Shown one piece after another: positions 19,563-28,841 of a stretch of DNA of 64,000 nucleotides. Position 1 is the stretch's first letter. Each line of letters begins with the position of its first letter. The notes under the pieces were generated by a model. It ran no database searches and had not been told where the DNA came from. It worked only from the letters and a program-made list of their open reading frames with translations. The position numbers were made by a program, and so were the translations under genes. The DNA comes from Thermoanaerobaculia bacterium (GTDB taxonomy: Bacteria > Acidobacteriota > Thermoanaerobaculia > Gp7-AA8), in the NCBI GenBank assembly GCA_035629865.1, contig DASPHC010000055.1, positions 134,940 through 198,939 of the forward strand, given 5' to 3'.

Positions 19563-20594
19563 TCACGATACCAGCCCGAGCCGCCGGGCGTGCTGTAGCG
19601 CTTCGGCCGAATCGCGCACGTAAAGCATCTCCACCCCGGCCGTCTTCGCTTCTTCGATGATCCTCGCGACCGCCTGGTCACGCACGTCGGCGGTGACGTC
19701 GCGGATGATGGCGGCGAGGATGCGGTCGGGATGGGTCTGGATGACGCGCAGGTAGATCTCGGGGTCGTGCTGGCCGCTGTCGCCGATGAGGACGAAGCGG
19801 AGGGCGGGGTAGTACTCGACCAGGAGCTGGATCTGGGCGAGCTTGTGCTCCTCGTGCGCGGCCATGAGGAGCGTCTTCTCGTCGATGCCCCAGTCCTGCA
19901 GGAACATCGGGCCGTGGGGGATGCCCTGGAGATTCATGAAGTCGTGCAGGAGCTCGTAGAGGTTCCAGGGGCTGCTGCTGACATAGAAGATCGGGTTCAC
20001 GTCGCGATGGAGGGCGCGGTAGAGATCGGCCACCCCTTCGAATGGCAGGCGGGAGGCGGCGTTGCGGATCACCGAACGGACCATGCCCAGAAGGCTGGTG
20101 GCGTTTGTGACCAGGACGGTGTCGTCGATGTCGCTGATGACCGCGAACTGTGCCGCTTCGGACGGGAGCATCACGTGCGCCACGGCAGTGTTGTCGGAGC
20201 CGGGGAGGGAGAGGTTTACCTCGTGCCAGAGCGTGTGCTGAGCGAGCTCGCGCGGCTCGAGGCGGAACTGGAAATGGCCCTCTTCATCCGTGATCGTCTC
20301 GACCACCGCATCGCGGTAGCTGGCCTGTACTTTCACGCCGGCGAGCTCGTCGCTCTGGAAGCGGCGGTAGGTGTTGAGGACGTTCCGCCAGAGGGGCTCG
20401 GCCCCGCTGGCGCGGGTGATCTGCTTCTCGGCGAGGACGCGCCCGCGGACGAGCATCTCGTGACCGCGGCCGAAGCCGCGGTAGGGGCTGATGACCGCGT
20501 TTCCGGCGTCGAAACGGCGGCGGCGGCGGTCGAGGTGGCGCTCCAGTCCGTGAGCGGCGCGGTGCAGAGTCCGGCGAGTCGGCATCTCTTTCAT
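19563..20594 (-). CDS. App1-family (DUF2183) HAD phosphatase
   Basis: VISDIDDT, YVSSSPWNLY, LIGDSGQHDPEIY. Confidence 0.9.
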   Translation of the reverse strand: MKEMPTRRTLHRAAHGLERHLDRRRRRFDAGNAVISPYRGFGRGHEMLVRGRVLAEKQITRASGAEPLWRNVLNTYRRFQSDELAGVKVQASYRDAVVETITDEEGHFQFRLEPRELAQHTLWHEVNLSLPGSDNTAVAHVMLPSEAAQFAVISDIDDTVLVTNATSLLGMVRSVIRNAASRLPFEGVADLYRALHRDVNPIFYVSSSPWNLYELLHDFMNLQGIPHGPMFLQDWGIDEKTLLMAAHEEHKLAQIQLLVEYYPALRFVLIGDSGQHDPEIYLRVIQTHPDRILAAIIRDVTADVRDQAVARIIEEAKTAGVEMLYVRDSAEALQHARRLGLVS

Positions 20595-20694
20595 TTTGCT
20601 GTAGAATCCGCCCCCTCCGGAACGGGCGGCGCGATCTTTGCGTCGTTTTCAGGCCTCAAAGCGTCAACTCTAACTTCTCGAAAAGGATCCCTGC

Positions 20695-22302
20695 ATGAGC
20701 GAATTGGTGACCGCCACAGATACGCCTACGGTGCGTCCGTCGACGGGCCAGGACGGCAACCGCGACAAGTCGCTGCCGGTCGAGCCGAAGTCGGTCGTCT
20801 GGAACCCGACCCCCGAGCAGCTCCGGCAGTTCGCCGGGGAGATGCCGAATGCGCGCCCGACCGAGTTCGGCAATCTGAACGTCGCCACGCGCGTCGTCTC
20901 GCGCTCCAAATTGTCGACCTTCGTCGCCACCGACACCCCGGAGCAGCACTCGGACCAGACCATCACGCGCGCTGAGTATGACCGCATCTCGCGGCTCCAG
21001 AACGACTACATCAAGACGCACGACATGCTCGTCGTCGAAGGCTACATCGGAAACGACCCCGAGTTTCGCGTCCCGGCCCGCCTGATCATCGAGAAGGCGA
21101 ACGCCAACATCGCGGCGATGCAGGACATCCTCTATTACCGGGCCAGCGAGGACGAGATCGCCGATTTCCAGCCGGCCGCGACTGTCATCTACACGCCGAA
21201 CCTGCGCGCCGAGGGATATCCCGACGAGCGCCTGATCGCGGTCGACCTCGAGAGCTACATCACCCGCGTCTTCAACTCCGATTACTTCGGCGAGTCGAAG
21301 AAGGGCGGACTGCGGATGTGGAACAAGCTGGTTTACGAGCGCGGCGGTCTGGCGCTCCACGCCGGCTGCAAAGTCATTCCGGTAGGCGACACGAAGCGCG
21401 TCGGCCTCATCGTCGGACTCTCCGGCACGGGCAAGACCACCACGACTTTCACCAAGCAGAACGAGTCGCAGCCGGTGCAGGACGACTTTTGCGCGCTCAT
21501 GCCGGGCGGGAAAATCTACGCGACCGAGAACGGCTGCTTCGCCAAGACGTTCGGCCTCAATCCGAACGACGAGCCGACGATCTACCACGCCTGCGCCTCG
21601 ACGCACGCTTACCTCGAGAACGTCTCCCAGAACGAGGAAGGGAAAGTCGACTACTTCGACACGTCCTACACGCCGAACGGCCGGGCCGTCATCCGGATGG
21701 AGGACATCTCCGGTGCCGCCGACGCGCGCGAGATTACCAAGGCCGACTTCCTCCTGATCCTGAACCGCAACGAGAACATCATCCCGGCCGTGGCGAAGCT
21801 CGAGGGGCCGCTGGCGGCCGCCTTCTTCATGCTCGGCGAGACCAAGGGCACCAGCGCCGGCGGCGCGTCGGAAGCCGGCAAGTCGCTGCGCGTCCCCGGC
21901 ACCAATCCGTTCTTCCCGCTGCTGCACGCCTACCAGGGCAACCGGATGCTCGAGCTCATGAACGACAGCCCGATGGAGGTCTACCTCATGAACACCGGCG
22001 CCATCGGCGGCGACGGAAAGGCCGAGGGGTCGAAGAAGGTGAAGATCCAGCACTCGTCCGCGGTCGTGAAAGCAATCGCCGAGGGGACCATCAAGTGGGA
22101 GCGCGATCCTGACTTCGGATACCTCGTGGCGACGGAAGTCCCGGGCATCGACGACGCCGACTACCTGCAGCCGAAGAAGATGTATGAGCGGCAGGGGAGG
22201 CTCGACGAGTACAACCAACTCGTCGCCAAGTACAACAATGACCGCCGGGAGTACCTGAGGAAGTGGAAGGGGCTCTCCGAGGAAGTGGTCAACGCGATCT
22301 GA
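20695..22302 (+). CDS. pckA: Phosphoenolpyruvate carboxykinase (ATP)
   Basis: YFGESKKG, LHAG, GLSGTGKTT, ENGCFAK, LENV, NTG. Confidence 0.9.
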   Translation: MSELVTATDTPTVRPSTGQDGNRDKSLPVEPKSVVWNPTPEQLRQFAGEMPNARPTEFGNLNVATRVVSRSKLSTFVATDTPEQHSDQTITRAEYDRISRLQNDYIKTHDMLVVEGYIGNDPEFRVPARLIIEKANANIAAMQDILYYRASEDEIADFQPAATVIYTPNLRAEGYPDERLIAVDLESYITRVFNSDYFGESKKGGLRMWNKLVYERGGLALHAGCKVIPVGDTKRVGLIVGLSGTGKTTTTFTKQNESQPVQDDFCALMPGGKIYATENGCFAKTFGLNPNDEPTIYHACASTHAYLENVSQNEEGKVDYFDTSYTPNGRAVIRMEDISGAADAREITKADFLLILNRNENIIPAVAKLEGPLAAAFFMLGETKGTSAGGASEAGKSLRVPGTNPFFPLLHAYQGNRMLELMNDSPMEVYLMNTGAIGGDGKAEGSKKVKIQHSSAVVKAIAEGTIKWERDPDFGYLVATEVPGIDDADYLQPKKMYERQGRLDEYNQLVAKYNNDRREYLRKWKGLSEEVVNAI

Positions 22303-22390
22303 GCTCGCAGCTCTAAGCTCGCAGTTCAAAGGCCCGGGCAAATCCCGGGCCTTTTCATTTCGCGTGTCTTTCTCCTGAGAGCTGCGAGCT
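22301..22390. repeat. 7-mer hairpin AGCTCGC/AGCTCTC (family D)
   Basis: gagctcgcagctctaagctcgcag ... gagagctgcgagct. Confidence 0.7.
22328..22355. terminator. Bidirectional rho-independent terminator
   Basis: aaaGGCCCGGG-caaat-CCCGGGCCtttt between convergent pckA and lptFG. Confidence 0.8.
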
Positions 22391-24818
22391 ACGTCTCCAC
22401 GTGTAAAAACATGTACAGCGCCGCCAGTGCAAACAGGATGTTCGCGCTCCACGCCGAGAGCAGCGGCGGCAGGTTCCCCACCTCGCCGAACTTCGTGAAG
22501 ATTCCGAAGATCGTCCAGTAGACGATTCCCAGGACCAGTGCGAGGCCGACGCCGTACAGCGCGCCCCGTTTGCCCATCCGGAAGGCGAACGGCATCGCGA
22601 TGAGGGCCATGACCAGGCAGATCGCCGGCCACGAAGTCTTCTCGTACAGCTTCGCGGCGAGGTTGTCGGCGCCATACCCGGAGGCGCGGAGGGTGTTCAC
22701 GTAGCGCCGCAGTTGCGCGTACGTCATCTGCTCGGGCGCCTTGACCTCGGTGGCGAAATCCTCCGGCGTCTCTTTGTAGAAGAGCGGCAACGGCTTGTCG
22801 ATCACCGAGAAAGTCGAGCTGCCGTCGTCGCGGAACGAGCGCATCCAGCCGTCCTCGAACGCCCACGCCTCGCCGTTCCAGGTCGCGCGGTGGGCGTAGA
22901 CACGCCGCGTCATCCGCCACTCCGTCGGATGGAACTCGTATACCTGCACCTGGGTCAGCCGCTTCTGGTCGCGGTTGTAGCCGAGGAAGTTGATGATGTA
23001 GCGCCCCTTGCCGAGGTACCAGAGCTTCTGCTGCGCCTCGGCGGCGATGGCCGGTTTCCCGTCGATCCTTCGCTTCAACTCGCTGACCCGGCTGGATGAG
23101 TACGGAAGGACGAAGTCGAGATTGAGGTACGCCACGATGCTGAGCAGCGCCGCCACGGCGATGATCGGCGCGCCGATGCGGTAGAGCGAGACCCCGCTCG
23201 ACTTGATCGCCGTCACCTCGTTGTTCTTCGACATCATCGCGAACGTGACCAGCGTGGCCACGAGCACCGAGATCGGCAGCGTCCAGTTCAGGACGCCGAA
23301 GATGTGGAAGCGGTAGTAGGTGAGCAGCGTCGACGCGGCCACGCCGTTTTCGCGGGCGTCCTTCGCCGTGTCGGTGTAGTCGATGATTACGAAGAGCGCC
23401 GCGACCGAAAACAGGACCAGCACCAGCACTTTCAGGAACTCCCGGAGGATGTAGCGGTCGAGGATGTTCGGGAAAGTGATGTCGAGCCGGTTCAGCAGCG
23501 CCCGCTCGTCCGAGGCGGCAGAAGGGGAGCGACGGGCGACCTTTCGCCCGAGCCATTCGGCCACTCGCCGGAAAACGCCGCCTTCCGCCCGGCCGCCGAC
23601 CATGTCCCGGTTCGCGCGGCCGAGGAAGTAGATGCCGGCCGCGAGGAGTATCAGGTTCGCCCCCCACATGCCGAGCCACGTCGGGATCTTCCCGTTGATG
23701 GCCAGTTGCTCGCCGTTGTTGAACATCAGGTAGTAGACGACGATGATCGCAATACTTAAAGAGAAACCTGAGCTTTTGCCGCCGCGGCGGTTGGTGATGC
23801 CGAGCGGCAGCGCGAGCACGCCGAAGGCGATGCAGGCGAACGGGATGGCGAACTTCTTATGGATCTCGACCCGGGCGATGTTCCGGTTGATCCGGTCGCT
23901 GTCGCCCTTGCCGCGGCTGAGGTGGCGCTCCTGGTCCAGCAGCTCGCGCAAGTTCATTTCACGGAACGACTTGGCCAGCGTCCTGGCGTCGAAGGCCGTA
24001 TTGGTCGTCGGCATCAGGATACGCTGCGACTCGTTCCTGGTGTGGTCGTAGCGGTCGGGCCGCCGTGAGTCCCACACGTGGGTTTCGGCGCCTGTCAGGT
24101 TCATCCAGATGTTTTTGGAGCCATCGGCGGCCTGGATGACCGACAGATTGCCGCCCTCGGCGGCGATGATCCGCTGTCCGCCGCCTTGCTGCGACAGCGC
24201 CGCGACGTCGTCTTCCTCCGGCTCGGCCATGTTCTCGCTCATCTGCTTCGGCGTCGTCGCGTCGCGCGATTCGTCGCTGCGGGTGTCGGAAACGAACACG
24301 CCTTTCCAGTTCCCGGTGGCCGGGTCAACCTGGTCGACGTAGATCATCAGCTCTTCGTACTTGTCGTAGAAGACCCGCGGCTTGACGGCCTGCTCGGCGG
24401 CGGAGGTCGTGAGCTCGATCCGGAACGTCTGGAGCTGCTGATTGCCTTTCGGCAGCACCTCGTTCACCAGGTAGAGGTTGAGGAGGAACATCAGCACGCT
24501 GAAGAAGAAGACCGGGCGGTAGATGGTGCGCGTCGACATGCCGAGAGCGCGCATGGCGACGACTTCAGAGTCCGAGGAGAGCCGGCCGACCGCGATCAGG
24601 ATTCCGAACAGCAGGGACATCGGCAGGGTCAGCACGATGATGTGCGGAAGCGAATACAGAAGCAGGCGGCCAACAGCGGCGCCCGGCAGCGACTGGCGGA
24701 TGATCAGGCCCGCCATGTCGAAGAGGTTCTGCATCAGGATGAGGGTCGTGTAGAACAGGAGCCCCAGGAACGTGGGAGCGACCATCTCCTTGAAGATGTA
24801 GCGCGTGAGGATGCTCAT
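22389..24818 (-). CDS. Fused LptF-LptG LPS export permease
   Basis: Two YjgP/YjgQ halves (ILTRYIFKE ... RLSSDSE; ILDRYILRE ... KNNEVTAIKSSG). Confidence 0.92.
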   Translation of the reverse strand: MSILTRYIFKEMVAPTFLGLLFYTTLILMQNLFDMAGLIIRQSLPGAAVGRLLLYSLPHIIVLTLPMSLLFGILIAVGRLSSDSEVVAMRALGMSTRTIYRPVFFFSVLMFLLNLYLVNEVLPKGNQQLQTFRIELTTSAAEQAVKPRVFYDKYEELMIYVDQVDPATGNWKGVFVSDTRSDESRDATTPKQMSENMAEPEEDDVAALSQQGGGQRIIAAEGGNLSVIQAADGSKNIWMNLTGAETHVWDSRRPDRYDHTRNESQRILMPTTNTAFDARTLAKSFREMNLRELLDQERHLSRGKGDSDRINRNIARVEIHKKFAIPFACIAFGVLALPLGITNRRGGKSSGFSLSIAIIVVYYLMFNNGEQLAINGKIPTWLGMWGANLILLAAGIYFLGRANRDMVGGRAEGGVFRRVAEWLGRKVARRSPSAASDERALLNRLDITFPNILDRYILREFLKVLVLVLFSVAALFVIIDYTDTAKDARENGVAASTLLTYYRFHIFGVLNWTLPISVLVATLVTFAMMSKNNEVTAIKSSGVSLYRIGAPIIAVAALLSIVAYLNLDFVLPYSSSRVSELKRRIDGKPAIAAEAQQKLWYLGKGRYIINFLGYNRDQKRLTQVQVYEFHPTEWRMTRRVYAHRATWNGEAWAFEDGWMRSFRDDGSSTFSVIDKPLPLFYKETPEDFATEVKAPEQMTYAQLRRYVNTLRASGYGADNLAAKLYEKTSWPAICLVMALIAMPFAFRMGKRGALYGVGLALVLGIVYWTIFGIFTKFGEVGNLPPLLSAWSANILFALAALYMFLHVET

Positions 24819-24887
24819 CGGGCGCGGATTATCTCGCGGGATTCACGCCAGACAGCGGATTCGGCGGGCGTTCTCACAGTTTCCACA

Positions 24888-24915
24888 AAGTCTATTAAGA
24901 TCGATTATGTTAAAC
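24888..24915 (+). other. dif-like XerC/XerD recombination site
   Basis: AAGTCTATTAA-GATCGA-TTATGTTAAAC, 11-6-11 geometry; right arm 10/11 to the E. coli XerD arm TTATGTTAAAT; AT-rich island. Confidence 0.7.
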
Positions 24916-24966
24916 AATGACTATCGTGTGGCCTCTCCGTCCCGGCCGACTTTGTCTGCCGGCGGC

Positions 24967-25410
24967 TCAGCGTCCGCGCTGTGCAGCGATCCTCGCCTCG
25001 CGTGCGCGTTGCAGCGCGAGCTGCCATCCTGCGCGTGATGCCTCGGGCAGTACGCCGATCGTCACGTCGACGGCTCTCTTTTGCCCATTCCGGATGATGT
25101 GAAACGTCATCCTGCTGCCGGGCTTCTGCGCGGCCAGGAACAGCAGCACGTCGAGATCGTCGGCAAAACGAAGCGATGCGCCGCCGACGGCCGTAATCAG
25201 GTCGCCCCCGCGGATGCCGGCGCTGTCGGCCGGGCCTCCAGGCGTCGTGCGCTCCACGAACAGAAACGGCTCGGACGCCCTGGTCCGATGCGGCCGGACG
25301 CTCATTCCGAACCACGGCTGCTGCGGCTCGGTGCGCTTCTCCGCACCGCGTAGGTCTCCGCTGCCGGTCAAGATCACGATGAGGAGCCCGAGAACGCCGA
25401 TCCGTTTCAT
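24967..25410 (-). CDS. Exported stand-alone PDZ-domain protein
   Basis: Signal peptide; PWFGMSV, PGGPADSAGIRGGDLITAVGG. Confidence 0.85.
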   Translation of the reverse strand: MKRIGVLGLLIVILTGSGDLRGAEKRTEPQQPWFGMSVRPHRTRASEPFLFVERTTPGGPADSAGIRGGDLITAVGGASLRFADDLDVLLFLAAQKPGSRMTFHIIRNGQKRAVDVTIGVLPEASRAGWQLALQRAREARIAAQRGR

Positions 25411-27578
25411 GTCCGTCCTTCTTCTTCCTGTTTCTTTCTCGGCTGGAGATCCACGTTGTGCGTGGAGCCGGGTTGAACGACGACTTCGTGGCAGTCTTCT
25501 CTGGGAGAGCGGCTGCTGGGACAGAGCGTGTAGAGACCGGGCTCCACGTAAATCGCGCCGCCGAACCGGCCGAGCGGCTCAGGAAAGTGGAAGATGTACG
25601 CTGGGGCAACAACCCCACGCGCCGAGACCGACGCGCGATCGCCGAAACGGATCAGGCCTCCCTGCCGTGGCAGCTGGATTCGGAGAGGTTCCCGCGTAAT
25701 CGCCGTAGAAAGGACGGTTGCCGGATAATCGTATGTCAGCACGATCATTTGAACGGCCGTCGTGCCGCGACTCAACGGGCGTTCGAAGTAGCCGTTCAGC
25801 CCGGCGACGCCACCCGACCACGAACGGCCGCCGTCGACCGACATCTGGATTGACGCGCCGCTCGCAGGTAAGCCGTCGGGCGTGAGCACATACCCGGAGA
25901 CCAGCACTACAGGAGCGGTTTTCAGTGTCAGCTCGGCGGTTTCATCCTCTTCAATCCGGACGTCCAGGGGCGCCGGCGTGCTCCCGGCCGCGGACTGTGC
26001 GTCGACCTGGTAATCGCCGGCTGACAAACCGACGAGGTCAAACCGGCCGTCGCCGTTCGTCCGCTGCTGGGCAACGATCCGGCCACCGCGGAACAGGTGG
26101 ACGACCGCGGGATCACGTTGGCCGTCGTCACCGATGACCTCCCCGCGGATGCGCCCGCCTGGTAACTGAACCTCAATTTCGTGGAGAGACCCGCGCTGTG
26201 CGTCTTCCGCGATCCGGACAGGAGACGCTTCGATGCGCGCCGGCGCCGCGCCGTGTGGATAAAGGACCGTTACGGCCCACGTGCCGGCGGCAGGCAAAAT
26301 CCCTTCGAACCTCCCCTTTTCATCCGCAGTCATCCGGACGACTCCCGCAGACGGATGAGCGAGGTGGAGGTCCGCCTCGAGAGGGTCGTCGCCGGCGCGC
26401 ACGGCGCCGCGAATCCGCAACGCGTGAATCGCCAGCAGAATCGTCCGGCGGCCCCCCTCGTACAAGTCGATCTCGGTCCGAAGCGCGACCGCGTCGTCAC
26501 CGTCCCGAACCACCACTTCGTACAGGTCGACCCGGAGACCCTCGACCACCACGCGGCCGTCGAGACCAGCCTTAAGCAATGACGTGCGCGGTGGCTCGCC
26601 CGGCAGGAGCGGCGTCACCTCGGTCACTTCCACACGCCACGGCCGCCCCTGCGGGTCAGCCGCCGGCTCGAATACGATGTCGGCCTCGCCGATTGGTGCA
26701 TGCAGAATCGGGAACGGAAGCTTGACCGCCTCGCCGGTCCGGAGCTCGACCTCGGCAATGATGGCCGCCGACCACCCGGACGCCTCCGACACGATGCGGT
26801 AGTGACCGGCGTCGAGGCCGGCGATCTGGAAGAAGCCGCGCTTGTTGGTTTGTGATCCGCGCATCCGGCGTCCGGCCAGGTCATCGCGCCGGCTGTTACC
26901 CTGGAACTGCAGCGGGATCAGCGTCACAGAAGCACCCGCGAGCGGCTTCTTCTCCGCGTTCTGAACCCACCCGATGATGCTCGCACCCGGCCGTAACGCT
27001 GCCGGCTCGAGGACTCGCAGGCCCTGTGCGCCGGCGACGACGTCCCAGTAGTAAACGGCAGAAAACCCTGGGACTTCGAGACGGAGATCGAAGGTGACAC
27101 CGGCCGGTACGGCGCAGTGCCAACGCGTGCCGTCGAGGCTGCAACTGGTGGCGCTCTCGGGCATCGGTACAGCTGAGGCGAGCACGGAGACAATCCCCTT
27201 CACTCCCCGCAGCTTCGTTCCGCGCGGTGCCTCCAGCGTACTCTCGGCTGCCGCCGCCGCATACGCCGTCAGAGTCAGTCCCGACTCGTCATCAGCCGTC
27301 CAGCGGCGGGTCTCGCTCCAGCAGTCCGCTTTGCGAAGCGAGATCGACCACTCTTGTGTCTCGGCGAGCCGGAGGCTGTACTCATTGCGCGCCGGGTTTG
27401 TCGGAATGGTGACCGGCGTACCCTGGTCGGGAATCGCGATGAGCTCCGCACCTGCCAGACATTCACCGGCGGCCGGCGCGACCTCGATGTGAATCTTCAC
27501 GTCGGCGCGCGCAGGCATGATCACAACGCCGCTGCTGATCAGCAGCACCGCCGGCCACTGGCGGATCAGGCTTTTCAT
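25407..27578 (-). CDS. Exported protein with multiple carboxypeptidase-regulatory-like beta-sandwich repeats
   Basis: PLAGASVTL ... TNKRGFFQIAGLDAGHY; TNGDGRFDLVGLSAGDY; DGLPASGASI; ATGA overlap with PDZ gene. Confidence 0.8.
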   Translation of the reverse strand: MKSLIRQWPAVLLISSGVVIMPARADVKIHIEVAPAAGECLAGAELIAIPDQGTPVTIPTNPARNEYSLRLAETQEWSISLRKADCWSETRRWTADDESGLTLTAYAAAAAESTLEAPRGTKLRGVKGIVSVLASAVPMPESATSCSLDGTRWHCAVPAGVTFDLRLEVPGFSAVYYWDVVAGAQGLRVLEPAALRPGASIIGWVQNAEKKPLAGASVTLIPLQFQGNSRRDDLAGRRMRGSQTNKRGFFQIAGLDAGHYRIVSEASGWSAAIIAEVELRTGEAVKLPFPILHAPIGEADIVFEPAADPQGRPWRVEVTEVTPLLPGEPPRTSLLKAGLDGRVVVEGLRVDLYEVVVRDGDDAVALRTEIDLYEGGRRTILLAIHALRIRGAVRAGDDPLEADLHLAHPSAGVVRMTADEKGRFEGILPAAGTWAVTVLYPHGAAPARIEASPVRIAEDAQRGSLHEIEVQLPGGRIRGEVIGDDGQRDPAVVHLFRGGRIVAQQRTNGDGRFDLVGLSAGDYQVDAQSAAGSTPAPLDVRIEEDETAELTLKTAPVVLVSGYVLTPDGLPASGASIQMSVDGGRSWSGGVAGLNGYFERPLSRGTTAVQMIVLTYDYPATVLSTAITREPLRIQLPRQGGLIRFGDRASVSARGVVAPAYIFHFPEPLGRFGGAIYVEPGLYTLCPSSRSPREDCHEVVVQPGSTHNVDLQPRKKQEEEGRT

Positions 27579-27583
27579 GGCGG

Positions 27584-27832
27584 TCAGATGTCGTAGCAAT
27601 AGGCAGACTGCCGGCACCAACAGCCCTTCCGGCCATCACACATGCCTTGGCAGAACAAAGATCTCGTCCACGAGATCATCCCGTCACATGGCGGGTTGTT
27701 GCAGGCCAGCATGATGTTGCAGGCCGCGTAGTCTTCGCCTCTGACGCAAGCCCAGTACTCACACTCTGCAGATACCGGAAGTGCGGCAACAAGAAGGACG
27801 GCCAGCACGAAAAGAACCCGGACGAGTCTCAT
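27584..27832 (-). CDS. Small secreted Cys-rich protein (10 Cys in 60-aa mature part)
   Basis: AAGGT RBS; signal MRLVRVLFVLAVLLVAALPVSA; stop 5 nt before the next ATG. Confidence 0.8.
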   Translation of the reverse strand: MRLVRVLFVLAVLLVAALPVSAECEYWACVRGEDYAACNIMLACNNPPCDGMISWTRSLFCQGMCDGRKGCWCRQSAYCYDI

Positions 27833-27894
27833 GGACGTTACCTTTCTTTCTTTCTTTCGGTACCGCCATCATACCCGCGCTCAGGCTATGTGTG

Positions 27895-28725
27895 CTATTG
27901 CTCCGCTTCCAGCCGGCGCAGCAGCTCCCGCACCGCCTCGATCACTTCGCTCTTCTCCACGTTCGGCTTCTTGAACGCCAGGTTGAGGGTGAACGGGAGC
28001 GCTTTGTCTTTGAGAGCGAAGACGTAGTTTTTGGGGCGGCCGGCTTTCGATTCCGGTTTGGTGGAGGTCTGCTTGCGCAGGTCGTCGCGGGAAAGCTCGC
28101 CGGCGGCGTAGGCGCGGACGAACTGCTCCATCGCCTCTTCGGAGCCGGCGCGGGCGACCTGGACGAGGACGCTCTTGTTCGCGATTCCGGCTTCCCGGCA
28201 CATCGCCCGGATCCGGTCCGGGATGTCGTTGATGAGCAGCGTCTCGGTGACTGTCGTCCGGGACTTGCCGATGACCTGGGAGATCTTCTCGTGGGTGTAG
28301 CCGAACTTCTGCTGCAGGATGTACAGCCCTTCCGCCTCTTCGAACGGCGTCAGGTCTTTCCTCTGGATGTTCTCGATGAGGGCGATCTCGAGCTGCTCGC
28401 GGTCGTCGACGTCGAGCTCGATGGCCGGGATCTCATCGAGGCCGGCCATGGTGGCGGCGCGGTAGCGGCGCTCGCCGGAGATGATCTGGTAGCGGTTCGG
28501 CCCGATCTGGCGGACCAGGATCGGCTCCAGCACGCCCTTGTCGCGGACGCTGGAGGCCAGCTCTTCGATATTGCCGAGCTGGGTGCGCGGCTGATTGGCG
28601 TTTGGCTCGATGAACTGGAGCGGCAGCATCGAGCCGATGTGCCGGCCGGAGCGGCGGGTCAGCTCGTCGACATAGTGCGAGTCGGCGCGCATTACGGAGC
28701 GTTCGGGAAGGCCACGCTTAGCCAT
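27895..28725 (-). CDS. parB: ParB/Spo0J partition protein
   Basis: PNANQPR, GVLEPILV, IISGERRYRA, ENIQRKDL, HTH. Confidence 0.92.
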   Translation of the reverse strand: MAKRGLPERSVMRADSHYVDELTRRSGRHIGSMLPLQFIEPNANQPRTQLGNIEELASSVRDKGVLEPILVRQIGPNRYQIISGERRYRAATMAGLDEIPAIELDVDDREQLEIALIENIQRKDLTPFEEAEGLYILQQKFGYTHEKISQVIGKSRTTVTETLLINDIPDRIRAMCREAGIANKSVLVQVARAGSEEAMEQFVRAYAAGELSRDDLRKQTSTKPESKAGRPKNYVFALKDKALPFTLNLAFKKPNVEKSEVIEAVRELLRRLEAEQ

Positions 28726-28744
28726 GGGACGAGGTCCTCAGAAC

Positions 28745-28823
28745 GAGAGATGAGAGATGAGAGATGAGCGATGAACGGAGAGCCGCTGAGCGTTCATCGC
28801 TCATCTCTCCTCGCTCATCTCTC
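28745..28823. repeat. 7-mer hairpin GATGAGA/TCTCATC (family E)
   Basis: gagatgagagatgagagatgagcgatgaac ... gttcatcgctcatctctc. Confidence 0.9.
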
Positions 28824-28841
28824 GTACCGCGCAGCATGGTC

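Noticed and set aside
22394-22411. parS-like CACGTG core
   Set aside because: Flanks do not match TGTTTCACGTGAAACA; lies in the lptFG coding end
27584-27832. Classical RiPP precursor (lanthipeptide, sactipeptide or ranthipeptide)
   Set aside because: It has a Sec-type signal rather than a leader peptide, and no modifying enzyme is adjacent; miaB is a housekeeping radical SAM enzyme
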